Assembly (NCBI GenBank): GCA_016782405.1
Contig: JADHYO010000001.1
Span: forward strand, 1-47,478
DNA: 47,478 bases
Direction of reading: 5' to 3'
Source: Candidatus Aenigmatarchaeota archaeon
GTDB taxonomy: Archaea > Aenigmatarchaeota > Aenigmatarchaeia > QMZP01
The translations under genes and the position numbers were made by a program. Of the stretch, positions 36,924 to 46,218 are shown piece by piece (position 1 is the stretch's first letter; each line of letters starts with the position of its first letter). The notes under the pieces are model-generated. The model was not told the origin of the DNA and did no database searches. It was given only the letters and a program-made list of their open reading frames with translations.

Positions 36924-37663
36924 AACAAACCCTCTATCTGCTCAAAAACCTTATCATTTTTGATTATAGGAATTCCCATTTTCTTGGCCTTATCCCTCTG
37001 GGCCTGGTTTGAGTATCCCCATGATACCAATACCGCTTTCACCCCCATTGCATTTGTTTTTTTCGCGGATTCAAACATATCCTCAATGAATAGAATCTCA
37101 CCTGGTTTTACAGAGAAGCGGCCCATTATCTTCTTCATGTGCTCAGTCTTGGAGGTTCCATCCTCCCTTGACAACATGCCGCTTTCTTTATAATCAAATC
37201 CCTTTTCCTTCAGAAGTAATAATGCAGATTCCTTATCTCTTGTGGTTGCTATTAATGTTTTGTATTTTCTAGAGATTCTTTTAAAATCACTTGCTTGAGG
37301 AAACGTTTTGTTAGCCATGACCCATTTTTTCATGTTTCTTTCCCGCCAATCTTTTCTTGCTTTGTAAAAATTATTGAAGAATTCCTCCTTCCCTTTATTG
37401 TATTTTTCTCTTAGTTTATCAAATTCCTTCACTGTTACCTTTCCGAAGTCCTTTCTTTCATGCTGGATAGCCATGGATATAAAGTGATAATCATATGCTG
37501 AAATGACAAAGGCTCTTGCTTTCCTAAAATTCTTTTCCAATTCTTTGGATTTTTCAAGCTTACCCCCCATCTTATTGAAAGCTTCTAACGTAAGCAAATA
37601 GCACTCGTATACACTATCGTTTATAACACCATCAAAGTCCAGGGCAATAATTTTAATTTTCAT
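36920..37663 (-). CDS. HAD-superfamily hydrolase
   Basis: LDFDGVI.DS..E, ATT, K, FIED, WGY. Confidence 0.88.
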   Translation of the reverse strand: MKIKIIALDFDGVINDSVYECYLLTLEAFNKMGGKLEKSKELEKNFRKARAFVISAYDYHFISMAIQHERKDFGKVTVKEFDKLREKYNKGKEEFFNNFYKARKDWRERNMKKWVMANKTFPQASDFKRISRKYKTLIATTRDKESALLLLKEKGFDYKESGMLSREDGTSKTEHMKKIMGRFSVKPGEILFIEDMFESAKKTNAMGVKAVLVSWGYSNQAQRDKAKKMGIPIIKNDKVFEQIEGLL

Positions 37664-37667
37664 AGTA

Positions 37668-38381
37668 TCATAACATTTCTTTAGACATTTCACTTATATC
37701 ATTAAAATAAAGATCAGCGCCCTTAAGGATCTTTCTGTCAGGGGCCTCAGAGAGTAAAATAATAGAAGTGCAGCCGGCTGCCTTGGCAGCTTGTATATCC
37801 ACCTGGGTGTCTCCCACATAAGCCGTTTCCCCTGCAGGGGTGCAGAGCTTTTCATATATTATATTGATACCTTCGGGTGAGGGCTTCTTAACCATTACAT
37901 CCTCCCCGCCCAGGATAAATGAGAAGTATTTTATTATGGGTTTCATGTCCCTCTCTATAGTGGATTTGCTGGCATTGCTCCAGACAGTAAGGGTATACTT
38001 CTCCAGGGTTTTCAGTGCATCCTCAACCCCAGGGAGAATCTTTGCAAACTTCCCAGCTTCTTGGGAATAAAAAAATTTCTTGTATTCACTCCTTGCCTTA
38101 TCTATAAATTCCTCATCCTTCCCGCTAACATGCTTTTGAACCAAGGAATCATATTCCCCTTCGCTGGAAGGAACACCCTTACCAGCCATTGTAAGGGCAA
38201 GCATCAGCGTCAATGCATTCCTGCTGTTGTTGTACTTCCCGATTGACCTTATCGTTCTGTAGTCCTTTAAGGAAAATGGAAATTCTATTCCCTGCGATAC
38301 AAAACCTCTTCTCATACCTTCCAACCCTGCCGGGGCAGAGTCCCTGAGAACACCATCCACGTCAAATATTATCAGCTTCAT
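37668..38381 (-). CDS. HAD-superfamily hydrolase (phosphoglycolate phosphatase-like)
   Basis: FDVDGVL.DS, SN, KPSP, YVGD...DI.AA.AAG. Confidence 0.9.
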   Translation of the reverse strand: MKLIIFDVDGVLRDSAPAGLEGMRRGFVSQGIEFPFSLKDYRTIRSIGKYNNSRNALTLMLALTMAGKGVPSSEGEYDSLVQKHVSGKDEEFIDKARSEYKKFFYSQEAGKFAKILPGVEDALKTLEKYTLTVWSNASKSTIERDMKPIIKYFSFILGGEDVMVKKPSPEGINIIYEKLCTPAGETAYVGDTQVDIQAAKAAGCTSIILLSEAPDRKILKGADLYFNDISEMSKEML

Positions 38382-38478
38382 ACCAACATCGATATAGTAG
38401 TTATTGCAACAATTTCAATAAATGTCTATTGACTCCCTGGGCGACCTTGAAAGGTTTTTTTGGAATCAAAATAATTTA

Positions 38479-38540
38479 AAGACACTTGTCATCCAACTCT
38501 CAAGACACTTGTCATACACCTTTTTAAAGACAAGTGTCAT
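38479..38540 (+). promoter_or_regulatory. Three 14-bp operator-like repeats around a TATA box
   Basis: AAGACACTTGTCAT at 38479 and 38502; AAGACAAGTGTCAT at 38527; TTTTTAAA at 38521-38528. Confidence 0.7.
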
Positions 38541-38550
38541 ATATTACAGT

Positions 38551-38979
38551 ATGAAAGTTGAGAAGCACCTTGAAATCTTGAAAGAGGTTGAGGATGAAAT
38601 AGGCTCTGCGCTTGAGGATCAGAAAGGGCTTGCCGCTCATCAGAGGAGGCTTGCATTCATGATTTCCCTGGGTATAACAGAGCTTATTGAGCTCTATTTC
38701 CATGGATTGAAAGTGATGAAGGAGGGTTCAAGAATAAAGCATGAGTGGCTCAAAAAGAAGAACGTCAAGGAGATACTTTCAAATCAAATTATCAAGCCAA
38801 TAGAAAGTGTAAAGGAAATAGACAAAATCCTTGCAATCACCAAGGCAATTGAAGAGAAAAGGAATGACCTTGCCTATTCCTCCCCTGTTGAAGAGGAGGA
38901 AATTTTAAGGGAAGAGATAAGCAAGTATTTTGAAATCAAAAAACTTATTGAAAACATAGTGGGTGGTTTCCATGAATGA
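38551..38979 (+). CDS. HEPN-like protein
   Basis: Helical protein with RNDLAY (Rx4-6H/Y-like) motif; paired with an MNT. Confidence 0.7.
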   Translation: MKVEKHLEILKEVEDEIGSALEDQKGLAAHQRRLAFMISLGITELIELYFHGLKVMKEGSRIKHEWLKKKNVKEILSNQIIKPIESVKEIDKILAITKAIEEKRNDLAYSSPVEEEEILREEISKYFEIKKLIENIVGGFHE

Positions 38980-39586
38980 GCAGTCAAAGAGAAAATCCTA
39001 TGCAATTTCATTCACCTCATTCCTCTTGAGAGAGTTGAAAAGCACCTCCAGGATAAAGAGGGTTATACTGTTCGGTTCTGTTGCCCGCTCAGAATCCACA
39101 AAGGAAAGTGATGTTGACATCTTTATTGACATTGAAAAGGAGACAAAGAAACTGAAGCAGGGGATTGAGCAGGTCTTGGAGAGGTTCTACAAAAGCAAGG
39201 AGGCAATTCTGTTCAAGCTACTTGGAACAGAAAACACATTTAACCTTGTAATTGGGAGCCTGGACAAATGGAAAGGCCTTAAGAGAAGCATTCTCTCAGA
39301 CGGGATCGTGCTCTGGGGAAAACTGGAATCCAGGGAGAAGCCTGGGGAAACCCAGCACAAGATTATATTTTACTGGGACAGTATAAAGAAGAACCGCGGG
39401 GCATTTCTCAACAAAATATACGGTTACAGGGCAGTTGGCAAGGAATACAGGGGTCTTCTTGAGCAATGTAAAGGGGAAAGGATTGGAAAGAGTTGCGTAA
39501 TAATACCAATTGCTTACAGAGATGCAATGGTTAAACTCCTGAAAAAATACAAGGTTGATGCAAAGGTAGTGGAAGTGTTCACCTGA
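38972..39586 (+). CDS. MNT nucleotidyltransferase with C-terminal extension
   Basis: LFGSVAR....ESDVDIF plus an extra ~75-aa domain. Confidence 0.88.
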   Translation: MNEQSKRKSYAISFTSFLLRELKSTSRIKRVILFGSVARSESTKESDVDIFIDIEKETKKLKQGIEQVLERFYKSKEAILFKLLGTENTFNLVIGSLDKWKGLKRSILSDGIVLWGKLESREKPGETQHKIIFYWDSIKKNRGAFLNKIYGYRAVGKEYRGLLEQCKGERIGKSCVIIPIAYRDAMVKLLKKYKVDAKVVEVFT

Positions 39587-39596
39587 TTTATTTTTG

Positions 39597-40598
39597 TCAG
39601 AATAAATGTTCTTCAGTTAATCGGGCGTCTGGGCCTGGCTTGACAACACGGACATCCTCAATTGCAGGGAATTCTTTAACTCGCCTGACAATCTCTTCTG
39701 CATCCTTTTCCAGGCAGATAATCTTTACCTGAGGTCCAGCATCTATTGTGAAGTATGCTTCCAGGCCTTCGTCTCTCCAGTTATGGATAGCGTGGATTAG
39801 TTCTATTGTTCCAGCGTTCCAATAAACAATGCTGGGCTTTGTTGTGAGCATAGTTGCGTGCATTTTTATGCAGTTTTCCTCTGCTGTGCTTCCCACCAAA
39901 GAGAAATTCTTTTCAAGTATTCCTTTCCTAACAGTTTCCAAGTTCTGGTTGACTGTCTCTAGCCAAGCCTTGTACATTGGTGAGGTCTTTAGGGTCTGTG
40001 ACATCCCTGCCCTGGACTTGACTTTCTTGGCTTTTGTTGACGTGATGCATGTAATCATCCTGAATTCGGGCCAATGCTCTGGAGGAGCAATCTGTTGAGC
40101 GAAACAATCGCTTCCATCCTCATTCTCCCCGCGGAGCCACTCCACAAAGCCACCATGAATTGAGCGTGTGGCAGAGCCAGATCCCCTTCGGGCCAGCATA
40201 CTCAAGCCCTTCTGGTCTAGCCCCATCCCAAGGGCACCATTAACAGCAGTGGCCAATGCAGCAAAACCAGCTGCAGAGCTAGCCAGGCCGGCTGCAGTAG
40301 GGAAATTGTTCTTGCTTACAATCTTTGCCTTTAGATCCTTTCCTGAGAGTTGGCGTGCAACAGTAAGGAACTTACCCACATAATCATCATATTCCTCCAT
40401 TCCCTTGGGAAATTCTTTGTCATTTACAATCAGAATATCCTCCTGTAAGGAAGGATCAAACTCTACAGTGGTGTGTGCATGAAAATCATTCGTGGTCATG
40501 CTTATGCTTCCGTTCTGGGGTAGCATGACTTCCTTGTTTCTCTTTCCCCAGTACTTCACCAATGCAATATTTGCATGCGCAATAGCAGATGCTTTCAT
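39597..40598 (-). CDS. mvaD: Diphosphomevalonate decarboxylase
   Basis: NIALVKYWGK, PTAAGLASSA, ARRGSGSA.RS, K...SR.GM, T.DAGP.V. Confidence 0.92.
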   Translation of the reverse strand: MKASAIAHANIALVKYWGKRNKEVMLPQNGSISMTTNDFHAHTTVEFDPSLQEDILIVNDKEFPKGMEEYDDYVGKFLTVARQLSGKDLKAKIVSKNNFPTAAGLASSAAGFAALATAVNGALGMGLDQKGLSMLARRGSGSATRSIHGGFVEWLRGENEDGSDCFAQQIAPPEHWPEFRMITCITSTKAKKVKSRAGMSQTLKTSPMYKAWLETVNQNLETVRKGILEKNFSLVGSTAEENCIKMHATMLTTKPSIVYWNAGTIELIHAIHNWRDEGLEAYFTIDAGPQVKIICLEKDAEEIVRRVKEFPAIEDVRVVKPGPDARLTEEHLF

Positions 40599-40631
40599 AC
40601 CAGTATCTTTCCAGTTATCTTTAAATATATA

Positions 40632-40813
40632 AGCCCCGGGCGGGAATCCCTTAGAGAGGCTGCTGTTCCATGCAGCCAGACTTATTCGAACCCGCGACCT
40701 CTGCCTCTTTGCAAACCCTTCCTTGAAAGGGTGCTACCAAGGCAACGCTCTTTGCCGTTTCTTTGGGCGCTTTCTTTTCTAAAGAAAGTGCATACCGACT
40801 GAGCTACCGAGGC
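40632..40813 (-). tRNA. tRNA-Thr(GGT) with three introns (20/21: 40752-40793; 37/38: 40707-40734; 59/60: 40646-40684)
   Basis: Acceptor GCCTCGG/CCGGGGC. Spliced D arm GCTC-AGTCGGTA-GAGC, anticodon arm TTGCC-TTGGTAA-GGCAG, T arm GCGGG-TTCGAAT-CCCGC. Confidence 0.88.
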
Positions 40814-40892
40814 TTTTCCTTTATACTAGCATCTTGCCAATAAAACTTTTTATCTTCCTGTGCTTTTATTGAGAGGAAAACAATACTATTGC

Positions 40893-41294
40893 ATGAGAGC
40901 ACAGGTGGCCTTTGAGTACATTGTGATTGTCGGGCTTGTGATTGCCTTCCTGGTTCCAGTGTGGTCCTACATTGCCTCAATGAATGATCAGGCTACTCAA
41001 TCGCTTTCAGTATCGCAGGCTCAGACAGCTGCAAAAAAGATTGTTTCAGCAGCTGACCTGGTCTATACCCAGGGTCCACCCACGCAGATAACACTTGACG
41101 TCTTTGTTCCCAGAGGGGTCCAGAACGCCACTATTGTCAATTCCACTGTCTGGTTCCGTGTTTATTATACATCTGGTGTGACAGACGCCACTGCCACAGC
41201 ACTCGGCTCCTTGCAAGGGACGCTCCCTAGAAGTGAGGGTCTCTACAAGTTCACTATCACCGCAGTCTCAGACTATGTTAACATCAGCTACTGA
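40893..41294 (+). CDS. Class III signal-peptide (pilin-like) protein
   Basis: MRA/QVAFEY followed by a hydrophobic helix. Confidence 0.85.
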   Translation: MRAQVAFEYIVIVGLVIAFLVPVWSYIASMNDQATQSLSVSQAQTAAKKIVSAADLVYTQGPPTQITLDVFVPRGVQNATIVNSTVWFRVYYTSGVTDATATALGSLQGTLPRSEGLYKFTITAVSDYVNISY

Positions 41295-41353
41295 TTGCGA
41301 AGAGATCGCTATAGCTACTTCTACCAAAATAAAAAAACAAGAAAAAGCTCAAT

Positions 41354-41839
41354 TTAAGAGACAGTTCCGCTGAGGGTTCCTGAGCTGATAAATCCTGTCA
41401 ATCCACTATCAACATTTGTGTAAGTGATATTTGCATTAGCTGAATAGCCGCTTCCTGATGTTAGCGTAGATGCTCCGGTTGTATACACTAGTTGCATTGT
41501 CTGTCCAGGGGCAACAGTAATTGGTGTAGCGGGTGATGTTATTGCATTTACATGACTCCCTCCAACTCCGGCGCCTCCTGCTGTTATACTGATAGTTGCA
41601 CCTGCACCATTTGTTAGTTGCATTGTGATAACTCCTCCAGAACTTATCTTAAATCCCCCTGCGGGGACACTGTGTGGGTTAAATCCTGTTGCTATGGTTG
41701 TTGTGTAGGTTGACGGGTTGAAGATCCCCAGTGAAAACAGAACTGCCGCCACGATGATTACAATAAGGATAGCCCAGCCATAAGTCATTAGATATTCCAT
41801 GGCTGCTTGTCCCTTTTTGTTTCGGGCAAATGTTTTCAT
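41354..41839 (-). CDS. Archaeal type IV pilin
   Basis: KKG/QAAMEYLMTYGWAIL. Confidence 0.9.
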   Translation of the reverse strand: MKTFARNKKGQAAMEYLMTYGWAILIVIIVAAVLFSLGIFNPSTYTTTIATGFNPHSVPAGGFKISSGGVITMQLTNGAGATISITAGGAGVGGSHVNAITSPATPITVAPGQTMQLVYTTGASTLTSGSGYSANANITYTNVDSGLTGFISSGTLSGTVS

Positions 41840-41959
41840 ATTGATTATATTGGTGGTGGCCCTATTTAAACATTTTTACTTAAAATCAGGGAAAGATTTT
41901 TTTTGGAATCGGTATGGGAAGATGGTATTTTTAAAAATATAACAGTGTTAACTGCTTCG

Positions 41960-42910
41960 CTACGGAATAAGTGACCCAAAGCTCGTCTGGATGAAAGCCT
42001 GCGCTGCGAAGAATACAAGAAGGCCCACTATCATGAATATTGGCACATACTTTGCTCCTGCTTTTTCACTCCCAGAGGCAATTGAACCTATTATTATCCC
42101 GCCGAAGAATGTGGTGATTAACACTGCAGCAAGGCTGAAGAAGAACAGAAACTCTGGGCTGACGGCGATTCCTGAGAACTGGAGGAACGAAACCTGGCTG
42201 CTGGCTTCTTCTGTGAATGTGGCTGCAGAGCCCAGCTTGCTGATAGTGACAGTTAGGAATGTGGAGAGTGCGTAAAGGACTGGCGCACCAACACAGCCGG
42301 CAAACCCAATGAAAATAACATACATTGTCACGTTCGCACGGACTTCCTTGGTTATTCCCTGTTTCCTCCTGATGTCCTCTGCGTTCTGCTCAAGTAGCTC
42401 TGCGAACTGACCACCGGAACGGGTTCCTGATATTATCAGCTGCATGGAACGCTTCAGGATATTGGATCTTATGTAGCGGGGGATAATCATGAAACTCTCC
42501 TCCAGGCTCTTGCCTGTTATCATCTCCTTCCCAGCCTTTTTGATGGCATCAGAAAGTGGACCAAACTCTTTCCTGGCTGACAGCATGAGGGCTCTGCTTG
42601 GGATGTGGCCTGCCCTGGAATTAGCAGCCATTAGCTGCAGTGCATCAGGTAAAATGCTTTCTGCAAAGTGTGCTCTACGTTCTATTGCAAGAAAGACAAG
42701 TCCGTGGAGCAGACTGAAAATACCTGCAAATACTAGGACAAAAACCAACAAAAACAATTCACCAGTGAAAAAACCAATAACAAGCCCAAGGAGTATGGAA
42801 ATAATAAAGGATGCATTGGTGAAGCCCTTCGGGCTTTTCTTGCTACCTGCATTCTCTAACATTTCCTTAACCTTTCTCTTGTACCGCTCAGGCATTGCTC
42901 TGTATATCAT
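41960..42910 (-). CDS. Type IV pilus/T2SS F (TadC-like) membrane platform protein
   Basis: E..LPDAL....AN.RAG, FGPLS, multiple TM segments. Confidence 0.9.
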   Translation of the reverse strand: MIYRAMPERYKRKVKEMLENAGSKKSPKGFTNASFIISILLGLVIGFFTGELFLLVFVLVFAGIFSLLHGLVFLAIERRAHFAESILPDALQLMAANSRAGHIPSRALMLSARKEFGPLSDAIKKAGKEMITGKSLEESFMIIPRYIRSNILKRSMQLIISGTRSGGQFAELLEQNAEDIRRKQGITKEVRANVTMYVIFIGFAGCVGAPVLYALSTFLTVTISKLGSAATFTEEASSQVSFLQFSGIAVSPEFLFFFSLAAVLITTFFGGIIIGSIASGSEKAGAKYVPIFMIVGLLVFFAAQAFIQTSFGSLIP

Positions 42911-43794
42911 ATTCCCACCGGCCTCTTGTTTTTTATCAGCCCCACAAACATCACTTGCACCACTGAAATCAGGGCAAGCATCCCAACAAGTAGGAGCTCT
43001 ATACTGAACTCAACACCAATAAATGAGAACATCACCAGGGAAAAGACAATCCCCAGCGTGGGGAATATAATAACCAGCATCATGTAGAAGAGGGAGAGTG
43101 GGTTCAGCTCTGAGCCATACTTCTTTAGGGCAGTCTTCTGATCTGCAGTGATGTTGTCAACAATCTCTTTGAGTATATCACCAATGTCAGCCCCGGATCT
43201 CATTGCATTCACCATCTGCCATATCACCCGCCGGAAGAATAGAGAAGGAGTTTTTGCTGTAATCTTTTCTAGGGCGTCGATCTCAGACATCCCTGTGTTA
43301 ATGTCAGTCACAGCTTTACCAAACTCTTTGGAAAGCCTCCCGTAACCGCCGTAAGCAATGGCGCTCATTGCATTGAACATAGTCACCCCTGAACGCACTT
43401 CTACCAAAAGGTGGTTTAGCACATGTGGGATTTGACCCTCAATGTCCTTGACCTTCCTCTTTACCATAAGGCGGGGGTACATTGAAAAATAAAAGAGAAT
43501 AGAAACCGCGATCCCCGCACTGACAGCAAAACCAATACCAAAGGCAAACTGTAAAATCGGCCTGATGGTGTAGATAACAGCAGAAGTTAGTGGAAGGAGG
43601 AGAATAAAGTAAATAAGTGAGACAAAGAAAGCTAAGCCAAGCCACTCTCTGGAATCAAAGTCAAGCCCACTCTGGTGAAGATGAAATTCCATGGAGGGGA
43701 ACATCTTGCTCATTGTTTCCCCGAACCCTAGGAAGCGGTGGGAGACTCGCTTTGCCCTCACCATTCCGAGGGGTATGAATGGAATCCTTTTCAT
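42907..43794 (-). CDS. Type IV pilus/T2SS F (TadB/C-like) membrane platform protein
   Basis: VRSG...FNAM, YG.LS.EF, G.SE..ALE, multiple TM segments. Confidence 0.9.
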   Translation of the reverse strand: MKRIPFIPLGMVRAKRVSHRFLGFGETMSKMFPSMEFHLHQSGLDFDSREWLGLAFFVSLIYFILLLPLTSAVIYTIRPILQFAFGIGFAVSAGIAVSILFYFSMYPRLMVKRKVKDIEGQIPHVLNHLLVEVRSGVTMFNAMSAIAYGGYGRLSKEFGKAVTDINTGMSEIDALEKITAKTPSLFFRRVIWQMVNAMRSGADIGDILKEIVDNITADQKTALKKYGSELNPLSLFYMMLVIIFPTLGIVFSLVMFSFIGVEFSIELLLVGMLALISVVQVMFVGLIKNKRPVGI

Positions 43795-43795
43795 A

Positions 43796-45265
43796 TCAAC
43801 CCTTAACCCTTTTCAGTATCTTCTCCGGGTTTGTGTAATAGGTCGAGATAATCTCTCCCACTTTTTGTATGTCCTTTACCTGCTTTTTCACCAGCCACTT
43901 TAGAATTCTTTCCTTCTCATTCAGGTCTCTGTCTATTTCCTTGGGCGCCATGCCTGTATATGTTTTTATCTCCTCCATAACCCTTGAAGATGCCTCCATC
44001 CGAAGGAATGTATCCTTGGACGGTGTCCATCCGAAGATATCATTCAACTCAATATGGTTCCTTATATCTGTGCTTACCACCTCTGACAGTTGGATTAACC
44101 TGCGGATTTCCCTCCTCCTGTCGCGGTGCATGACTGCTATCAAATGCAGGGAAGCTAAAAGTGTGGAGGGAATGTTAATCGGGGGGTTAATAAGCCGTCT
44201 AACAGTCTCCTCTGCTGTGTTAGCGTGCAGTGTGGCGTAGACGGAGTGCCCAGTGTGGACAGCCTCGAAAAGGACCTCTGCTTCCTTGCTTCTCCTTATC
44301 TCTCCGACAAGGACGCGGTCAGGCCTCATCCTCAGGGAGTTCACCAGCAGCTCCAGCATTGTGACCTCACCCTTACCCTCTGAGTTAGGTGGTCTTGTTG
44401 TTAGCGGTACCCAGTGCATGAAATCCGGAATCTGAATCTCGCGAGTATCCTCGATTGAAATGATCCTGTGATTCGGTGGAATGAAACATGAGAGCACGTT
44501 CAAAAGCGAGGTCTTCCCGCTCGCTGTTCCACCTGCGATAAGAACATTCATCTCATACTGAATTGCCAGCCAGAGGAAAGCAGCAATATCTGGGGAAAGT
44601 GTGTTCGCCTCTATGAAGTCAGTTATTGTCCATGGCCTCCTGGCGAACTTCCGGATTGTCAGTGTGTTACCTTTAGAGCTTATTGGAAACAATGTGGCAT
44701 TGGAACGGTCTCCAGTGACAAGGTAAGCATCCATTAAGGGGTTGAGGTAAGTGATCTGGGTCCCAACCCTACGTCCAATCATTGCTGCAAAATTGTAAAT
44801 TTCTGTTTCTGAGGAGAGATTGACATTTGTTTTCAGCCAGCTCATTTTCCTGTGATACACCCAGACAGGCTCCTTGGAATTGTTGATGACAACCTCCTCA
44901 ATATTCTGGTCATGGAGAATCATTTCCAATGGCCCGAGTCCAAGCGAGTTGTGCAGAAGTATTCCTGCCAGGCTGTCCCTTTTTTCACTTGGTAGCTTGG
45001 GGAGGTGCTTGTCAAGAAGCTTCAGGGACTTTTCCTTGAAACTCTTCTTAAGGGATATAATCCCTGATGAGTCCAGGATCTTTGTGGGCGTTATTTCAAG
45101 CTCTGCAATGAGCTTCTCCCTTATCGAATCCAGCAAAGCCCTTGTGGCAACCTTCAGTTGGGGATAATCCATCTTGTAAATCGGGACAAACTCTGTCGGG
45201 TCCTTTCCTATGTTAACCCGGGCCTTCACCCCGTCCACGGTCAAATCGTAACTATTTCCTTCCAC
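43796..45265 (-). CDS. Type IV pilus assembly ATPase (VirB11/CpaF family)
   Basis: GGTASGKT, SIEDTRE, LRMRPDR..VGEIR, TGH...ATLHA. Confidence 0.95.
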   Translation of the reverse strand: MEGNSYDLTVDGVKARVNIGKDPTEFVPIYKMDYPQLKVATRALLDSIREKLIAELEITPTKILDSSGIISLKKSFKEKSLKLLDKHLPKLPSEKRDSLAGILLHNSLGLGPLEMILHDQNIEEVVINNSKEPVWVYHRKMSWLKTNVNLSSETEIYNFAAMIGRRVGTQITYLNPLMDAYLVTGDRSNATLFPISSKGNTLTIRKFARRPWTITDFIEANTLSPDIAAFLWLAIQYEMNVLIAGGTASGKTSLLNVLSCFIPPNHRIISIEDTREIQIPDFMHWVPLTTRPPNSEGKGEVTMLELLVNSLRMRPDRVLVGEIRRSKEAEVLFEAVHTGHSVYATLHANTAEETVRRLINPPINIPSTLLASLHLIAVMHRDRRREIRRLIQLSEVVSTDIRNHIELNDIFGWTPSKDTFLRMEASSRVMEEIKTYTGMAPKEIDRDLNEKERILKWLVKKQVKDIQKVGEIISTYYTNPEKILKRVKG

Positions 45266-46184
45266 GCTTCTTCACCTTCTTTTTAGCAACTTTGATTCTC
45301 CCCTTCCTACCTTTTTTTATGTTCCTAACTACAGCGAAAAGCAAGACAAGTACAATTATAATGAGCAGAATCATCGGCATCATGCCAGCGCCGGTCTCCC
45401 CAAGTAGTGTAGTGAAATTCGGCACAACTGTTCCAGGTCCCTTCAACAGAAGTACTATCACAAGGACAGCAGCTGCGCACCCCACAAAAAGCCACTTCTT
45501 TTTTAGACCACTTCTTTTATTAACCACCTTCTCTTTTTCACTGAATTTACTCTCTTTTGTATCAACCTTTCCGCCTTTTGTATTGGCTTTTTTACTTTTC
45601 TCTAAATCATACTTGTACATCACAGCCTTCCCAAAGGTTGGGTAATGAACCTTTACGAGTTTGTGTTCTTCCAGGATTTCTGCCCATTCCTCCACCACAT
45701 CCTCATCGACCTTGAATATCTGGCTGATCTCTTTGAATGAAACTCTTCCTTTTGCGTTAATCATATTGTAAAGGCGGTCAGTGTTGGTTTCAATACTTTT
45801 CCCAAGGTCAGTGGGGGTTGCTCTTTTAACCTGGGACGGTTTGATGGCTGCTTTGGCCTTTGCCTGGACAGCTGTTTTAATGCGCTTGGCTTTCTTTGGT
45901 ATTATCTTCATCAACTTGGAGGTTTCCCTGGGCGCCTCGCGCTTCTTCATGCCTTTAAGAAATGTTTTCAGTTCGCTATGATATTTTTTTATTTCCTTTC
46001 CTTCCTGTCTGGCTTTCAATTCTTTAGGCTTCTTTCTGAGGCGCAATGAAGGTCTTTTCCTTGGAGCTTTTTTCTTTTTTGGTGCAAAACTCCTTTTCCT
46101 TGAGAAAAACTTCCTTTTGGGTTTTGCCTTCTTGAAAACCTTCTTCCTAGAAAACCTAGGCTTCTTCCTCCCTCTGACAGCCAT
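45252..46184 (-). CDS. Highly basic membrane protein with a wHTH-like central region
   Basis: Lys/Arg-rich N-terminus, ET..D.LY......G...EEWA..LEEH.LV...YP, two C-terminal TM helices. Confidence 0.75.
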   Translation of the reverse strand: MAVRGRKKPRFSRKKVFKKAKPKRKFFSRKRSFAPKKKKAPRKRPSLRLRKKPKELKARQEGKEIKKYHSELKTFLKGMKKREAPRETSKLMKIIPKKAKRIKTAVQAKAKAAIKPSQVKRATPTDLGKSIETNTDRLYNMINAKGRVSFKEISQIFKVDEDVVEEWAEILEEHKLVKVHYPTFGKAVMYKYDLEKSKKANTKGGKVDTKESKFSEKEKVVNKRSGLKKKWLFVGCAAAVLVIVLLLKGPGTVVPNFTTLLGETGAGMMPMILLIIIVLVLLFAVVRNIKKGRKGRIKVAKKKVKKRGRK

Positions 46185-46218
46185 ATTATATTATCACTTT
46201 CCTGATTTAAAAGAAATT

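Noticed and set aside
40575..40802. 75-aa ORF
   Set aside because: It is antisense to the three-intron tRNA-Thr.
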